Shown piece after piece: positions 46,714 to 55,948 of a stretch of 64,000 bases of DNA; position 1 is the first letter of the stretch; each line of letters begins with the position of its first letter. The DNA comes from Parcubacteria group bacterium Gr01-1014_17. Lineage in GTDB: Bacteria > Patescibacteriota > Minisyncoccia > Phycocordibacterales > UBA10002. The stretch spans positions 11,033 through 75,032 of the forward strand of contig VMFZ01000001.1 in the NCBI GenBank assembly GCA_007376285.1, given 5' to 3'. Position numbers and translations under genes: made by a program. A model generated the notes under the pieces. That model searched no databases, was not told where the DNA came from, and worked only from the letters and a program-made list of their open reading frames with translations.

Positions 46714-48003
46714 ATGTTTCCTATTATTGTGCTCCTCGCGGAGCTTGCATTTCTCGTTATTGCAACGCTTTTGCAGGGTATCCTTGCAGGTGTCGCAATG
46801 CTATTCGCCATCGGTCTTACCATCGTCTTCTTCTACTACGCCGCCAAGAACAAACAACAGGCGTCGTTTGTAAAGCAAGGCACGATCGAGTTTGTGGTTG
46901 CGGGTGAGACGCTTATCGATGTTTTGGAAAACATTGATGGTTGGCACTACCAAAAAAAGTCCGGCTGGTTCCCTTATCAAAAAAGAACAGGAAGAATGAA
47001 CCCTGATGGCACGCCGGAATTAATAGACGCATGGATAAAAGTTGAAGACGGCATAGTGCCAGACCAAAAAGGACCAACCACAACTCCGCCAACGAAGCCA
47101 AACGGAAAAAGTAGGGGTTCATTCCTTAAACGCAAATTCGGATTCTTCTGGGTAAGCGCTCTGTATCCGCTACGAAGGATTTACATCTTTCCTGTTACAC
47201 ATTTGCGACTGAAATCCGAAACTGCAATACCGCAAGACGCTAAACTGGAGGAATGGCTAGAAAGTTCTGTAAAAGACGCAAACGGTCAAACAATGAACAG
47301 CGACACCACTGAAGAAAAATTCCTCCTATGGAGGTTCCCGCGCCCCGTACTCGTTCGGAATGTGAAGTTCACCGACTTATTTGAAGTGAATATCCTCATT
47401 CTCGCCTATTTCCAGATCGTCAGCACGCGGCCGCTTGTGTTTGAGTACCGGGAAAAGTTCTTCCTGTTGCTCGAAAAAGCACTGCAGGCTGCGGCCATTG
47501 ACTATCTGCGAAAAAAAGAATACCAAAAATTCATCACTTCGGGCACGACTGGACATCAATCAGAGTTTTTCTGGGACGCCTTGGAAAAAATCAACTGGGT
47601 GGGAACTACCGCTGAATCAGGACGCGGGTTGGTCAAAGAGTTCGGCGTGTACTTGCAGAATGCCTGGGTTGTGCAAATTGAACTATCCAGACAAGACGAC
47701 AAAGCAAGAACCGCACTTAAGGCGCAAGAAATCGCGCGGTTAGAAGGAGAAGCGACGAAAACTACGGCAAAGGCGCAAGCAGAGGCAATTAAAACTGTTG
47801 CCGAAGCAGATGCTGAAGCACTTGAAAAACAAAAGACCGCTTCAAGCGAAGCGATACTCATTGCTAAATTACGCAAGGAGGCACTCTTGGGTACTAAACT
47901 CAGTACGCTTGTGGAAGGAGGAGGGAGCAGTAGAGTTACGGTGTCAACACCACCGCCTCCAACACCTCCACCACCTCCGACACCACCTACATCATCACCA
48001 TAG
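46714..48003 (+). CDS. SPFH/band-7 domain membrane protein A (divergent, with insertion; Pro-rich C-terminal tail)
   Basis: N-terminal TM helices; SPFH-like blocks FVKQGTIEFVVAGETLIDV / KFGFFWVSALYPLRRIYIFP; A/E/K-rich coiled coil; C-terminus STPPPPTPPPPPTPPTSSP. Confidence 0.55.
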   Translation: MFPIIVLLAELAFLVIATLLQGILAGVAMLFAIGLTIVFFYYAAKNKQQASFVKQGTIEFVVAGETLIDVLENIDGWHYQKKSGWFPYQKRTGRMNPDGTPELIDAWIKVEDGIVPDQKGPTTTPPTKPNGKSRGSFLKRKFGFFWVSALYPLRRIYIFPVTHLRLKSETAIPQDAKLEEWLESSVKDANGQTMNSDTTEEKFLLWRFPRPVLVRNVKFTDLFEVNILILAYFQIVSTRPLVFEYREKFFLLLEKALQAAAIDYLRKKEYQKFITSGTTGHQSEFFWDALEKINWVGTTAESGRGLVKEFGVYLQNAWVVQIELSRQDDKARTALKAQEIARLEGEATKTTAKAQAEAIKTVAEADAEALEKQKTASSEAILIAKLRKEALLGTKLSTLVEGGGSSRVTVSTPPPPTPPPPPTPPTSSP

Positions 48004-48064
48004 ACGGAGAATTGCGGAATTGTTCTTTAGAAACACACAACCAACCGGCGCTCCAAAGCGTCGG

Positions 48065-48093
48065 TTGACTTTTTATTACAGCTATGCTATATT
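48065..48093 (+). promoter_or_regulatory. promoter B: TTGACT-N17-(TGC)TATATT upstream of SPFH-B; overlaps the SPFH-A terminator hairpin
   Basis: hexamers plus extended -10 TG. Confidence 0.5.
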
Positions 48094-48160
48094 TCCACAC
48101 AGAAAATCAAGGATGAACCTTGACAATAAAAACGCAGAGAAACTTGAAAGGAATTGAGGT

Positions 48161-49402
48161 ATGAAGAAATGGTTGAAATCTATATACAGGAAAATCAAAC
48201 CCGCAAGAACATTCTGGACCACTGTTGCAATTGTCTATTTAACAGCGTTGTTTGTGATTATTATGACAAACAGCGACATGAAATTGCTGGGTACAGAACT
48301 ATCGTGGAATTGGGGACGAGCAACTTTCTGGACTTTGTGCTTTTACACATTGCTCAGTTTGCGCGTTGTGAAGGAAGATGAGGTTGGTGCACGGTTATTT
48401 TTCAGAAGACCGTTGCACAACCTTTCTTCCGGGCTTGTTTTCATTCCCCTTGGCTTTTGCCAAATCGTAAAAGAAACACGACTCATCATGCAGGACGAAC
48501 TGCCTGCGCCGCCGGAAAAAATCTGGCGAACTAAAAAAGGCAAGCGCGGCGAAGCATCACCAGAAGCAGATGTGGTGCCTGCCGATAAAGCAAAGGAGGG
48601 GTACAAACCTCCTATTAGGATAACATTCGGAGCACCGAATGTGGAATTACCAGAAAATACTACCGACAAGGTAGAACAAGAACAGAATATTGAAATCAAC
48701 AAACACATTAAGAAAATCAGGGAGGCGCAACAGGGAGAAAATGGTGTGCGTGACCCTTTTGATTTTCGAATGACCGCGGAAGTGTTTCTTATTATTCGGT
48801 GGAGAATAGACGACTTTGTTAGATTTATCTCCACTATCGGCACAATAGATAAAGCGCGGACTCAAATTGAGGATACGGCAACCGCAGCGGTTACTCGGGC
48901 TTTTGCAAAAATCAGCCCAGCAGTGGCGCTCGCGCATTTGGGGACTCAAAGCAAGTATTTACGCGCAGAAATTGAAGAGCGGATAAGCGGAAAGGGTGAG
49001 GAAAAAAAGAGGTTGCCGTGGGGAATAAAAATGGAAACAGCACAAATTAAGCTCATCAATTTCAGCCATGAGTTTAACGATGCGGTACAGGAACGAGCTG
49101 AGGCGGAAGCAATCGCACAAGTGAAAGCTACGGAAGGAAAGGGCGAGGGAGACAAAGAAAAACGGATACTGACTGGAAGGGCGGATGGGTTGAAGCATAT
49201 GGCGAAAGAACTCGGTGTATCATCAGCAGCAGTGCTTGCGTCTGAAACGGCGCGAGCCATTACGCAAAATCCCGGTCAGAAGACAATCATTGCCGGTTCG
49301 GGGGGCCTTGCAGATCTAATGGGAGTTGTTACGGCGTTAGGACAGACACTCGGCGGTGATAAAAACAAAACACAAGAAAAGAAAGGAGATACAAATGTTT
49401 GA
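48161..49402 (+). CDS. SPFH/band-7 (stomatin/HflK/C-like) membrane protein B
   Basis: VKEDEVGARLFFRRP..GLVFIPLGFCQIVK..TRLIMQDE canonical band-7 N-terminal blocks; AEAEAIAQVKATEG coiled coil. Confidence 0.8.
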   Translation: MKKWLKSIYRKIKPARTFWTTVAIVYLTALFVIIMTNSDMKLLGTELSWNWGRATFWTLCFYTLLSLRVVKEDEVGARLFFRRPLHNLSSGLVFIPLGFCQIVKETRLIMQDELPAPPEKIWRTKKGKRGEASPEADVVPADKAKEGYKPPIRITFGAPNVELPENTTDKVEQEQNIEINKHIKKIREAQQGENGVRDPFDFRMTAEVFLIIRWRIDDFVRFISTIGTIDKARTQIEDTATAAVTRAFAKISPAVALAHLGTQSKYLRAEIEERISGKGEEKKRLPWGIKMETAQIKLINFSHEFNDAVQERAEAEAIAQVKATEGKGEGDKEKRILTGRADGLKHMAKELGVSSAAVLASETARAITQNPGQKTIIAGSGGLADLMGVVTALGQTLGGDKNKTQEKKGDTNV

Positions 49403-50183
49403 ATTCATCATTCCAGCATTACTTGCGGCGGTTGTTTGGGCGGTATGGTTAAAGCCCACCACGACCAGTAGTGCAATCGCGGGTACAGAAGGACCACCCA
49501 CACCATCTGTTTCGTTGGATACTAAAGTTAAAACGATTGTGAAATGGGCGGTTGGAGTGCTTGGCGGATTGCTCATTATCTACGGCGTGTGGAGCGGGAA
49601 TTGGCGTGCATGGTGGAATGGTTCCGTCACTTATGTTGCAGACACATTGGGGCTATTTGGCCACTATTGGCTCATCGTGCTCGGTGCGGTCGTCTTGCTT
49701 CTTCTGCTTTGTTACGCGGGAGCAAGAGACGGCAAAACCGCTGGCGAGCGAATTGAAAAAGCAATGAAAATTGGTTTCTCCTTCGCAGTCCTTGCGGCGC
49801 TTCTCGCCGTTACCGCAGTGTTCGGCATAATCATTGTCGGACCGCGGTACTTCTGGGGCGAGCCGAGTGTGATTCAGGTTCAGCAACCGGCGACGCAAAG
49901 GCAAGCACAAACGCAGACTTCGTCGCGATCCTTCACCACAACAGCACATCCTGGCGATCCGCAAGACCCGCGCGCTCCGTGGAGCGCGTCAGTTGTCGTA
50001 AATGGCAGGCGTTTCAGCGCCGATGTGGTCGGCGCACAAAGCACGGTACCGATGGCGGTACTTGCAGATGGAGTGGTTCACATAATCGCTCCAGGATTGC
50101 GGCCGCACATTGGTGCGCCGCAAGAAATCCGGTTTCTATCGCTCACCAACTTTCCGCTTCATATAATCGGTACGATTGAGTGA
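49395..50183 (+). CDS. SPFH-associated 3-TM membrane protein D1 (NfeD-like by position only)
   Basis: 8-nt overlap with the SPFH-B stop (ATGTTTGA); paralogue of 51459-52145 (shared GPRYFWGEPSVIQVQQ, FLSLTN). Confidence 0.55.
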   Translation: MFEFIIPALLAAVVWAVWLKPTTTSSAIAGTEGPPTPSVSLDTKVKTIVKWAVGVLGGLLIIYGVWSGNWRAWWNGSVTYVADTLGLFGHYWLIVLGAVVLLLLLCYAGARDGKTAGERIEKAMKIGFSFAVLAALLAVTAVFGIIIVGPRYFWGEPSVIQVQQPATQRQAQTQTSSRSFTTTAHPGDPQDPRAPWSASVVVNGRRFSADVVGAQSTVPMAVLADGVVHIIAPGLRPHIGAPQEIRFLSLTNFPLHIIGTIE

Positions 50184-50204
50184 GTAAACACACAGGCGTT
50201 CGCT

Positions 50205-50235
50205 GAAAAGCGAACGCCTGATTTTTTATCCGCCT
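50205..50235 (+). terminator. Rho-independent terminator CAGGCGTTCGCTGAAAAGCGAACGCCTG + ATTTTTT (second weaker hairpin ATCCGC..GCGGATTTTT follows)
   Basis: perfect 10-bp stem plus T-run. Confidence 0.7.
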
Positions 50236-50259
50236 CGCATCTATAGAGCGGATTTTTAC

Positions 50260-50288
50260 TTGATAAAAAGCCCCGACTATGCTAATTT
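50260..50288 (+). promoter_or_regulatory. promoter C: TTGATA-N17-(TGC)TAATTT upstream of SPFH-C
   Basis: paralogous to promoters A and B; leader contains palindrome 50324-50356. Confidence 0.45.
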
Positions 50289-50385
50289 CCTACACAGAGT
50301 TAGACCTTTGACAAAAGACAACTGTCGCCTCATCGGCGACCCGCCGAAGAGGCGGGAACAAAACTGAAAGAACGGAAAAATTGTT

Positions 50386-51459
50386 ATGAAAATACCGAGA
50401 TTCTTGAAACGATCAACAAACATTTTACTTCTAATTCTTGCAAACCTGCTCGCAGTCCTGTTTGCACAAATCATTCTTCGGAGCGCCTTTGAACCTTCGT
50501 GGTTTCTGACACTTGTTATCAGCACGGTAATTATTCCCATACTGACAACTTCGGGACTCGTGGAAATCCCGATTCAACACGCAGGCGTACCGCTCATATT
50601 CGGAAAACGACAGAAAAACTGGCTTCTTGACGAAGGGCTTAACTGGATTCTTCCTACGCCGTTCATGGGGGTAGAAATTGTTGATGTGCAGGAAAAAACA
50701 ATCCGGATTCCAGCGTCAGAAATTGAAGAAGACGCAAGGCCTCTCATTATTCCCGCAATCAGAGGACTACCTGCTCTTTCAAAAGATGGCAAAGCGGAAG
50801 AAACAACTCTCAACGAAGAAATATGGGGAAAAATCAGGTTCGTGCAGATGAAAGTGCGGCTGGCAATCCGGTATCGGGTGGTTCATCCATACCAGTTTCT
50901 GAGCCAAGAACCCAGCGTGGTGGAACGAGGACTCGGCGATTTGACTATCAAAACGCTCCGACAGAAAGGTTCGGAGATGAGCGACATACAACTCATCCGG
51001 CTCAAAGACACCTTTGAGGCGGACATCATCAAAGAAATGAAAAAAGAACAAGCGTATGAAGGAAGTAAAAAGACAACAGAGGAAAGCCCTTTAGAAAGAT
51101 GGGGCGTTGTTGTTCATAATGTATTCATTCCGCGAATCCTCCACGCCGACCCGGAAATGACAAAAATGTACGAAGCCGCAATGCGTGAAGAACAACAGTG
51201 CACCTCAGAAAACATTGAACAAGAGTTCCTTACCGCAAGTATTGAACGATTGGTCAAAAAAGGACTCACAGCACAAGAGGCACTGCTTGCGATTCAAGCA
51301 GAACGCGGAAAGCTCACGCGGCGTGAAGTGATAATCACGAGCACAGGCGGAGGAGCTGTTGGAGACATTGCCAAAGCAGTTGCGACATACGCAGGACTAC
51401 TTGGCGACCAACCAAAAACAGAACAAAATGAGAATCAAAATCAGAAAGGAGATAACTAA
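50386..51459 (+). CDS. SPFH/band-7 membrane protein C
   Basis: IQHAGVPLIFGKRQKNWLLDEGLNWILPTPFMGVEIVDVQEKTIRIP band-7 N-terminal block; 357 aa. Confidence 0.75.
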   Translation: MKIPRFLKRSTNILLLILANLLAVLFAQIILRSAFEPSWFLTLVISTVIIPILTTSGLVEIPIQHAGVPLIFGKRQKNWLLDEGLNWILPTPFMGVEIVDVQEKTIRIPASEIEEDARPLIIPAIRGLPALSKDGKAEETTLNEEIWGKIRFVQMKVRLAIRYRVVHPYQFLSQEPSVVERGLGDLTIKTLRQKGSEMSDIQLIRLKDTFEADIIKEMKKEQAYEGSKKTTEESPLERWGVVVHNVFIPRILHADPEMTKMYEAAMREEQQCTSENIEQEFLTASIERLVKKGLTAQEALLAIQAERGKLTRREVIITSTGGGAVGDIAKAVATYAGLLGDQPKTEQNENQNQKGDN

Positions 51460-52145
51460 TGACCTTTGCAATCGATAAATGGAAAAAGAATGTGTGGAAA
51501 ATCGCTCTATGGAGCGCGTTTGGTCTTTTGGCAATTAAGTTTGCTATTTGGCCATTACTTCAGGGCACATACGACAAAGTCCGTTCGGTTGGAAAAAAAG
51601 AAATCGGGATTGTTGAATGGTTGCCGAACTTAGGTCCCTATTGGCTCGTAGCACTTGGTGCAGTCGTTTTGTTTCTCCTGCTCATATATGCAGGAGCGAA
51701 AGACGGCAAGACCGCAAGCGAGCGGCTCCAAAAAGCAATCAAGATTGGTTTTGCATTTGCTGGACTTGCGGCGCTTCTCGCCTTTACCGCGTTTCTCGGC
51801 ATTTTCATTGTCGGGCCGCGGTACTTCTGGGGCGAACCGAGCGTCATTCAGGTTCAACAACAGCCGGCGGCGCAGGTGCGGGCATCGGAATTTCCAAAAG
51901 AGTTCCGCGTGTCTGCGCTTCCGGGAAACCCGCAAGACCCAAACGCGCCGTGGAGCGCGCCGATACGGTTTGCAGGGCGGCGCGGAAGTTTCCAACTTGC
52001 GGGCGATTCTGCGCCAATCGCCGTAAAAACAGAAGTGGGCATCCACATAATTACAGTAGGGATGCCCCACCTGGGCACACCAGAGCGATTGCAGTTTCTA
52101 TCACTCACCAACCGCTCCCTTGAAATCACGGGGAGAGTTGAATGA
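51459..52145 (+). CDS. SPFH-associated 3-TM membrane protein D2 (paralogue of D1)
   Basis: start overlaps the SPFH-C stop; shared motifs with D1. Confidence 0.55.
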   Translation: MTFAIDKWKKNVWKIALWSAFGLLAIKFAIWPLLQGTYDKVRSVGKKEIGIVEWLPNLGPYWLVALGAVVLFLLLIYAGAKDGKTASERLQKAIKIGFAFAGLAALLAFTAFLGIFIVGPRYFWGEPSVIQVQQQPAAQVRASEFPKEFRVSALPGNPQDPNAPWSAPIRFAGRRGSFQLAGDSAPIAVKTEVGIHIITVGMPHLGTPERLQFLSLTNRSLEITGRVE

Positions 52146-52190
52146 GAAACACGACAGCCACGACGAAAGTGTCGGGGCTGTTTTTTGTTA

Positions 52191-52448
52191 TCAAAACGGA
52201 CACGCAACTCCTATTGTCCCGCAAATCACCCGCACAATACCTTTCGCTCCGAGCATCACTGCCATCCCGAGTACTCCCCAGAGCATTACCCATCCGCCTT
52301 TTTTGCGCTCCTCCTCGCTATCCAAGTGCGCCAAGAACATATACACCCCCCACGCGAAGGTGAGAGACGCGACCCCGAACATAAGATAAATCAGGGGGTT
52401 CAGAATATTCTCCCCGATTTTGTTGATGAAGGTGTTAATTGCAGCCAT
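52191..52448 (-). CDS. VirB2/TrbC-like small two-helix membrane protein P6 (divergent)
   Basis: two hydrophobic helices separated by DSEEERKKGG. Confidence 0.45.
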   Translation of the reverse strand: MAAINTFINKIGENILNPLIYLMFGVASLTFAWGVYMFLAHLDSEEERKKGGWVMLWGVLGMAVMLGAKGIVRVICGTIGVACPF

Positions 52449-52451
52449 TAA

Positions 52452-52808
52452 CTAAAAATTGAGCAAACCTGGAACATTCGGTAAGTTTTGACCAGCCCCC
52501 TGACCACCTCCGGTAAATGTGTTTTGCAAAAGCTTTACAAGACCAAAGATTGAAAAAGCAACGAACATACCGATAACCGCGTAAATCATAGTATTACGCG
52601 CTGAAGTTCGCTTTTCTTCATCTCCGCCAGAATTGACATATCCAATCACACCAACAAAGAAATAAATAAGCAAAAGTCCCCCTACAATAGGAATAACGAG
52701 GTTAATGATTTGTCCAACTGTCGTTGCCAAACCTCCTAGATTTCCCGTTTGCGCCAACGCCACAAATGGCACTGCATACAACGCCGCACTGACTAATACT
52801 TTTTTCAT
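52452..52808 (-). CDS. VirB2/TrbC-like pilin-family protein P5
   Basis: signal peptide + helix + SGGDEEKRTSARNTMIYAVIGMF + helix. Confidence 0.55.
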   Translation of the reverse strand: MKKVLVSAALYAVPFVALAQTGNLGGLATTVGQIINLVIPIVGGLLLIYFFVGVIGYVNSGGDEEKRTSARNTMIYAVIGMFVAFSIFGLVKLLQNTFTGGGQGAGQNLPNVPGLLNF

Positions 52809-52993
52809 AATATCCTTTTTAATAAACTAATAAATAATTATGACCTTTTTTTAATGACCGCTTTATATTATATACCATCCAAAAGACCTGCAACAGAGAT
52901 GCTGTGGACAACACCACTCCGCCTCGCTTCGCTCGGCACCCCTCCTCAGTTGAGGAGGGGAAAGGGGTGGTGGTGTTTGATATCGTGGACAAA

Positions 52994-53395
52994 TCAGGGA
53001 AGCCTCGGCACGATTGGGATATCGCCAGGGTTTAGGTGAATAAATGGACTACCGGGTAAGAAAAAGGTGTTGCGCACAAGATTTACTAACCCCCAAACGC
53101 TAAACATCACAAACATACCGATAACGGCATAAATCATATAACTGCGCGCCGCCGCCTGTTTTTCTTCATTGTCGGCTTTGAGGACATACTGGATAATTCC
53201 CCAGAAGAACCAAATGAGCGCCAAAGCGCCGACGATAAAACTGACTAAACTCAGAAGGTCTAGCAATATAAGAACAATGTTGCCGAGCGGGGTTCGCGCC
53301 GCAGGGTTGAGCAAGAGTTGAGTGCGAAGCGGTTGCGCGAATACAAAGAGAGGTAGAATAAATAACAAAAAAGAAGAAAAGATAAATTTTTTCAT
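52994..53395 (-). CDS. VirB2/TrbC-like pilin-family protein P4
   Basis: KADNEEKQAAARSYMIYAVIGMF loop between two helices; start at MKKFIF. Confidence 0.55.
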   Translation of the reverse strand: MKKFIFSSFLLFILPLFVFAQPLRTQLLLNPAARTPLGNIVLILLDLLSLVSFIVGALALIWFFWGIIQYVLKADNEEKQAAARSYMIYAVIGMFVMFSVWGLVNLVRNTFFLPGSPFIHLNPGDIPIVPRLP

Positions 53396-53399
53396 ATAT

Positions 53400-53720
53400 T
53401 TAATTGCAGTTGCCGGGGCCAAGCAAGCTTAAACAAATAATTTTGGCTGCGCCCCAATACACCAATAACGCCGCAAGACCGAGAACTCCGAAAAGCGCCG
53501 TTTGTTTGAACGCGCTCATTTTTTTCTCATCTCCACCGCCTCCCGCTCCGATATATCCGGCTATTTTTGCAAATACGACAAACCAAGCAAGAATGAGAAT
53601 GGCAAAAAGCGCCACATTAATATGGTCCAGCGTTAAATTAATCAACCCTTTAAAATCGGTTGGTGCGGCGAGGGCAAAAGATGGGGCAAATGCAAGAAGT
53701 GTTGGAAATAATTTCTTCAT
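53400..53720 (-). CDS. VirB2/TrbC-like pilin-family protein P3
   Basis: signal peptide MKKLFPTLLAFAPSFALA; GAGGGGDEKKMSAFKQTALFGVLG. Confidence 0.55.
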   Translation of the reverse strand: MKKLFPTLLAFAPSFALAAPTDFKGLINLTLDHINVALFAILILAWFVVFAKIAGYIGAGGGGDEKKMSAFKQTALFGVLGLAALLVYWGAAKIICLSLLGPGNCN

Positions 53721-53721
53721 T

Positions 53722-54102
53722 TTATTTCAACGAATTGATAGTGGTTTCCAAGATTGTTGCAAGCGCTTGCGCACCAAGCAATATCGCCGTGCCGATGACT
53801 GCGTATAAAATCGCTTTTTTTGCATCTTTGTGCTTTTCTTCGTTGCCGCCAGCGGTCACAAACAAAAATCCAGCGTAAATAATGAAAAATACTGCGACCA
53901 CGCCACCTATATCGGAAACAATCACGAGTATCTTCGCCGCAAGCGCTTGAAAGGTTGTGGTTGCACCGAGTGGGTTTGGTAAGGTGGTTAAACCCCCACC
54001 GGTAACTCCAGTACCTCCTCCGGTAACGCCTGTGTGTTGTGTAGCGGACGCCTCTCCAGCGGAAAGCAGAAACCCTATTATTACCCAAAATGTCTTTTGC
54101 AT
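53722..54102 (-). CDS. VirB2/TrbC-like pilin-family protein P2 (Gly/Thr-rich N-region)
   Basis: TAGGNEEKHKDAKKAILYAVIGTA loop motif; start at Met58; family-H palindrome 54121-54158 in the 5' UTR. Confidence 0.55.
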   Translation of the reverse strand: MQKTFWVIIGFLLSAGEASATQHTGVTGGGTGVTGGGLTTLPNPLGATTTFQALAAKILVIVSDIGGVVAVFFIIYAGFLFVTAGGNEEKHKDAKKAILYAVIGTAILLGAQALATILETTINSLK

Positions 54103-54176
54103 AGTGTTAAGTATATCACGAGGAGGCACCAGATGTTTGCCGCCTATCAACATCTGGTGCCACTTCCCTACCACAA

Positions 54177-54578
54177 TCAACCCCCAAGAAAAGAGAAGGC
54201 ACTTGGAACACCGAGTCCAATCAAAATCAATTTGACAATAAGCCATGCAGAAAGCATCCAGACAAAACCCCATACGACTGGCATAAACATTCCGCGTCCT
54301 TTTTCCATTTTGGATTCATTGCCCCCTGCGGTCAAAATGAGAAACCCGGCATAGGCAAACACCAGCGCGGCAATTGAACCGCCAATCATAATCAGAAAGT
54401 TAATGATATTATTGATGCCGATGATGAAGTGGCGAAATTCGCAGGGGTTTGAGATCTCTTCGTACGAACCAGTCGCACCAGTTACAGTCCGTGTCTCCGT
54501 TCCGCACGGCACGATTGGGGCGGCGTGGGCAAAGATAGGTAAAATCACAAAAATAGAAATTAGTGCGAGTATATACAT
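54177..54578 (-). CDS. VirB2/TrbC-like pilin-family protein P1
   Basis: TAGGNESKMEKGRGMF loop motif between helices; start at Met32, because the ORF's N-terminal 31 aa are a translation of repeat R1. Confidence 0.55.
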   Translation of the reverse strand: MYILALISIFVILPIFAHAAPIVPCGTETRTVTGATGSYEEISNPCEFRHFIIGINNIINFLIMIGGSIAALVFAYAGFLILTAGGNESKMEKGRGMFMPVVWGFVWMLSAWLIVKLILIGLGVPSAFSFLGG

Positions 54579-54660
54579 CCTCCGTCTCCCTACGGGAGAC
54601 ACCTCCCTCAAGGGAGGATTTTCTTTACTCCCCCTTTGAAGGGGGGTTGGGGGGATGTGA
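54578..54660. repeat. triple-hairpin GC repeat R1 (GTCTCCC..GGGAGAC / CCTCCCTCAAGGGAGG / CCCCCTTTGAAGGGGGG + TTGGGGGGATGT)
   Basis: about 85 nt; near-identical copies R2 (63303-63385) and R3 (63760-63850, inside a CDS). Confidence 0.75.
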
Positions 54661-54667
54661 TTTTTAT

Positions 54668-55948
54668 TCATCTTAATAATCTCTCTAACCCGCTCCGCAG
54701 GTCGCCGACGCCATTAGTAAGCTGTCCTCTACCGCCGGTAATATCTTCAACGACCGACTGGAATAATTTGGTCGTTTCGGTCGGATTCGGGTCAAGGAAA
54801 CTCCGCGCCTGTAAGGCCGCTTCGTAAAACACCGATTTCGCCGCGCTCTCTTGCTTGCGCTCTAAAAGCGCGCGGAGCGGCGGCACGGTGCCGAGTGCAT
54901 TGGCTAAGGTAACCGACCTTTGAGAATCCGCGAGTGCAAACCCGAGTCGTATCGCTCCGCCCGGATTTTTTCCGGTTTTCAGCGCAGCCAACCCCCATGT
55001 TTTGCCGAACGAAACCGTGAGCTTTGAATCCCGCGTCTGCGGAAACGGCGTTGCCGACATATTCAAATGCGGATTTTTCTCGCGAAGCCCTGCATATTCC
55101 GACGCAAAGCCGAAATAAAGCGCGAGGTCTCCAGACGCAAACATATTGTGCGATTGTGGAAGCCCGCGGTTCCAGGTGTAAAGCTTTTTTACTGGGTTCG
55201 CAAACTCCGTGAAAAACCCGAGTGCGCTTCCAGCATTTGCCCAGTCCTCAAGCGAAACCGCGAATCCTTCCGTTCCGCCCGCCTGTACGGGCAGGCGCGA
55301 AACAAGCTTGCCGCCGCTTTGGAAAAAGAGCGCCGAGAGAATCTCTTTTGCATTGGTAATGTTCCGAAATTCTCCAAGCGACACCGCCGCGCTCTGAATT
55401 TGCCCCAGCCGGTTGCGCACGACAAGCCGCGGCGTACCGGTAATCAATTCATCCCAATAGCGCGGCGGTCGCGCAATGTTTGCCGCACCAAACCGGTCGC
55501 GATTCCAATATGCGACCAGCGGGTCTACCGTAAGAGGGACCGCGATGGCTCCAGTTGTGCTCAAAAACACTTCTGCAGCTTCTACAAACGAGTCCTTAAA
55601 CTTCCGCTCCGAAAGCGTATCTAAAGGAATCGGCACAATTTTGTCGCCATGCCGCACCACGAGGTCGGATGGTAAAATAATTGCATCAGGACCTCTCCCT
55701 GCCGCGAGCGCTTCTATAAACTCCTGCTCAAACTTGTCTGCGCGAATCTCAGTGTATGTAAGCTTAAAATCATCTCCAGAAAAATCTGCTGTCGCGGTGG
55801 AAAACGCAGAACTCGGAAACGAGCCCCATACATCAAGCACCGCTGGTCCGCCACCCGCGGGCGTGCCTTTGAAAAGAGAAAAAGCAACCAGACCGCCAAT
55901 GGCGGCTATCACAAAAACAGCGAGCAAAATTATTTGAAATGGTCTCAT
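54668..55948 (-). CDS. membrane-anchored extracellular solute-binding protein (ABC-type SBP family 1-like)
   Basis: N-terminal TM anchor, 426 aa, two-lobe SBP-like composition; no specific substrate assignable. Confidence 0.55.
   Translation of the reverse strand: MRPFQIILLAVFVIAAIGGLVAFSLFKGTPAGGGPAVLDVWGSFPSSAFSTATADFSGDDFKLTYTEIRADKFEQEFIEALAAGRGPDAIILPSDLVVRHGDKIVPIPLDTLSERKFKDSFVEAAEVFLSTTGAIAVPLTVDPLVAYWNRDRFGAANIARPPRYWDELITGTPRLVVRNRLGQIQSAAVSLGEFRNITNAKEILSALFFQSGGKLVSRLPVQAGGTEGFAVSLEDWANAGSALGFFTEFANPVKKLYTWNRGLPQSHNMFASGDLALYFGFASEYAGLREKNPHLNMSATPFPQTRDSKLTVSFGKTWGLAALKTGKNPGGAIRLGFALADSQRSVTLANALGTVPPLRALLERKQESAAKSVFYEAALQARSFLDPNPTETTKLFQSVVEDITGGRGQLTNGVGDLRSGLERLLR

Noticed and set aside
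53957-54354. Plus-strand ORFs (92 and 106 aa) starting at the SD-ATG inside palindrome 54121-54158
   Set aside because: Antisense to the pilin-like genes P1 and P2; initiation there is probably an incidental consequence of the repeat.
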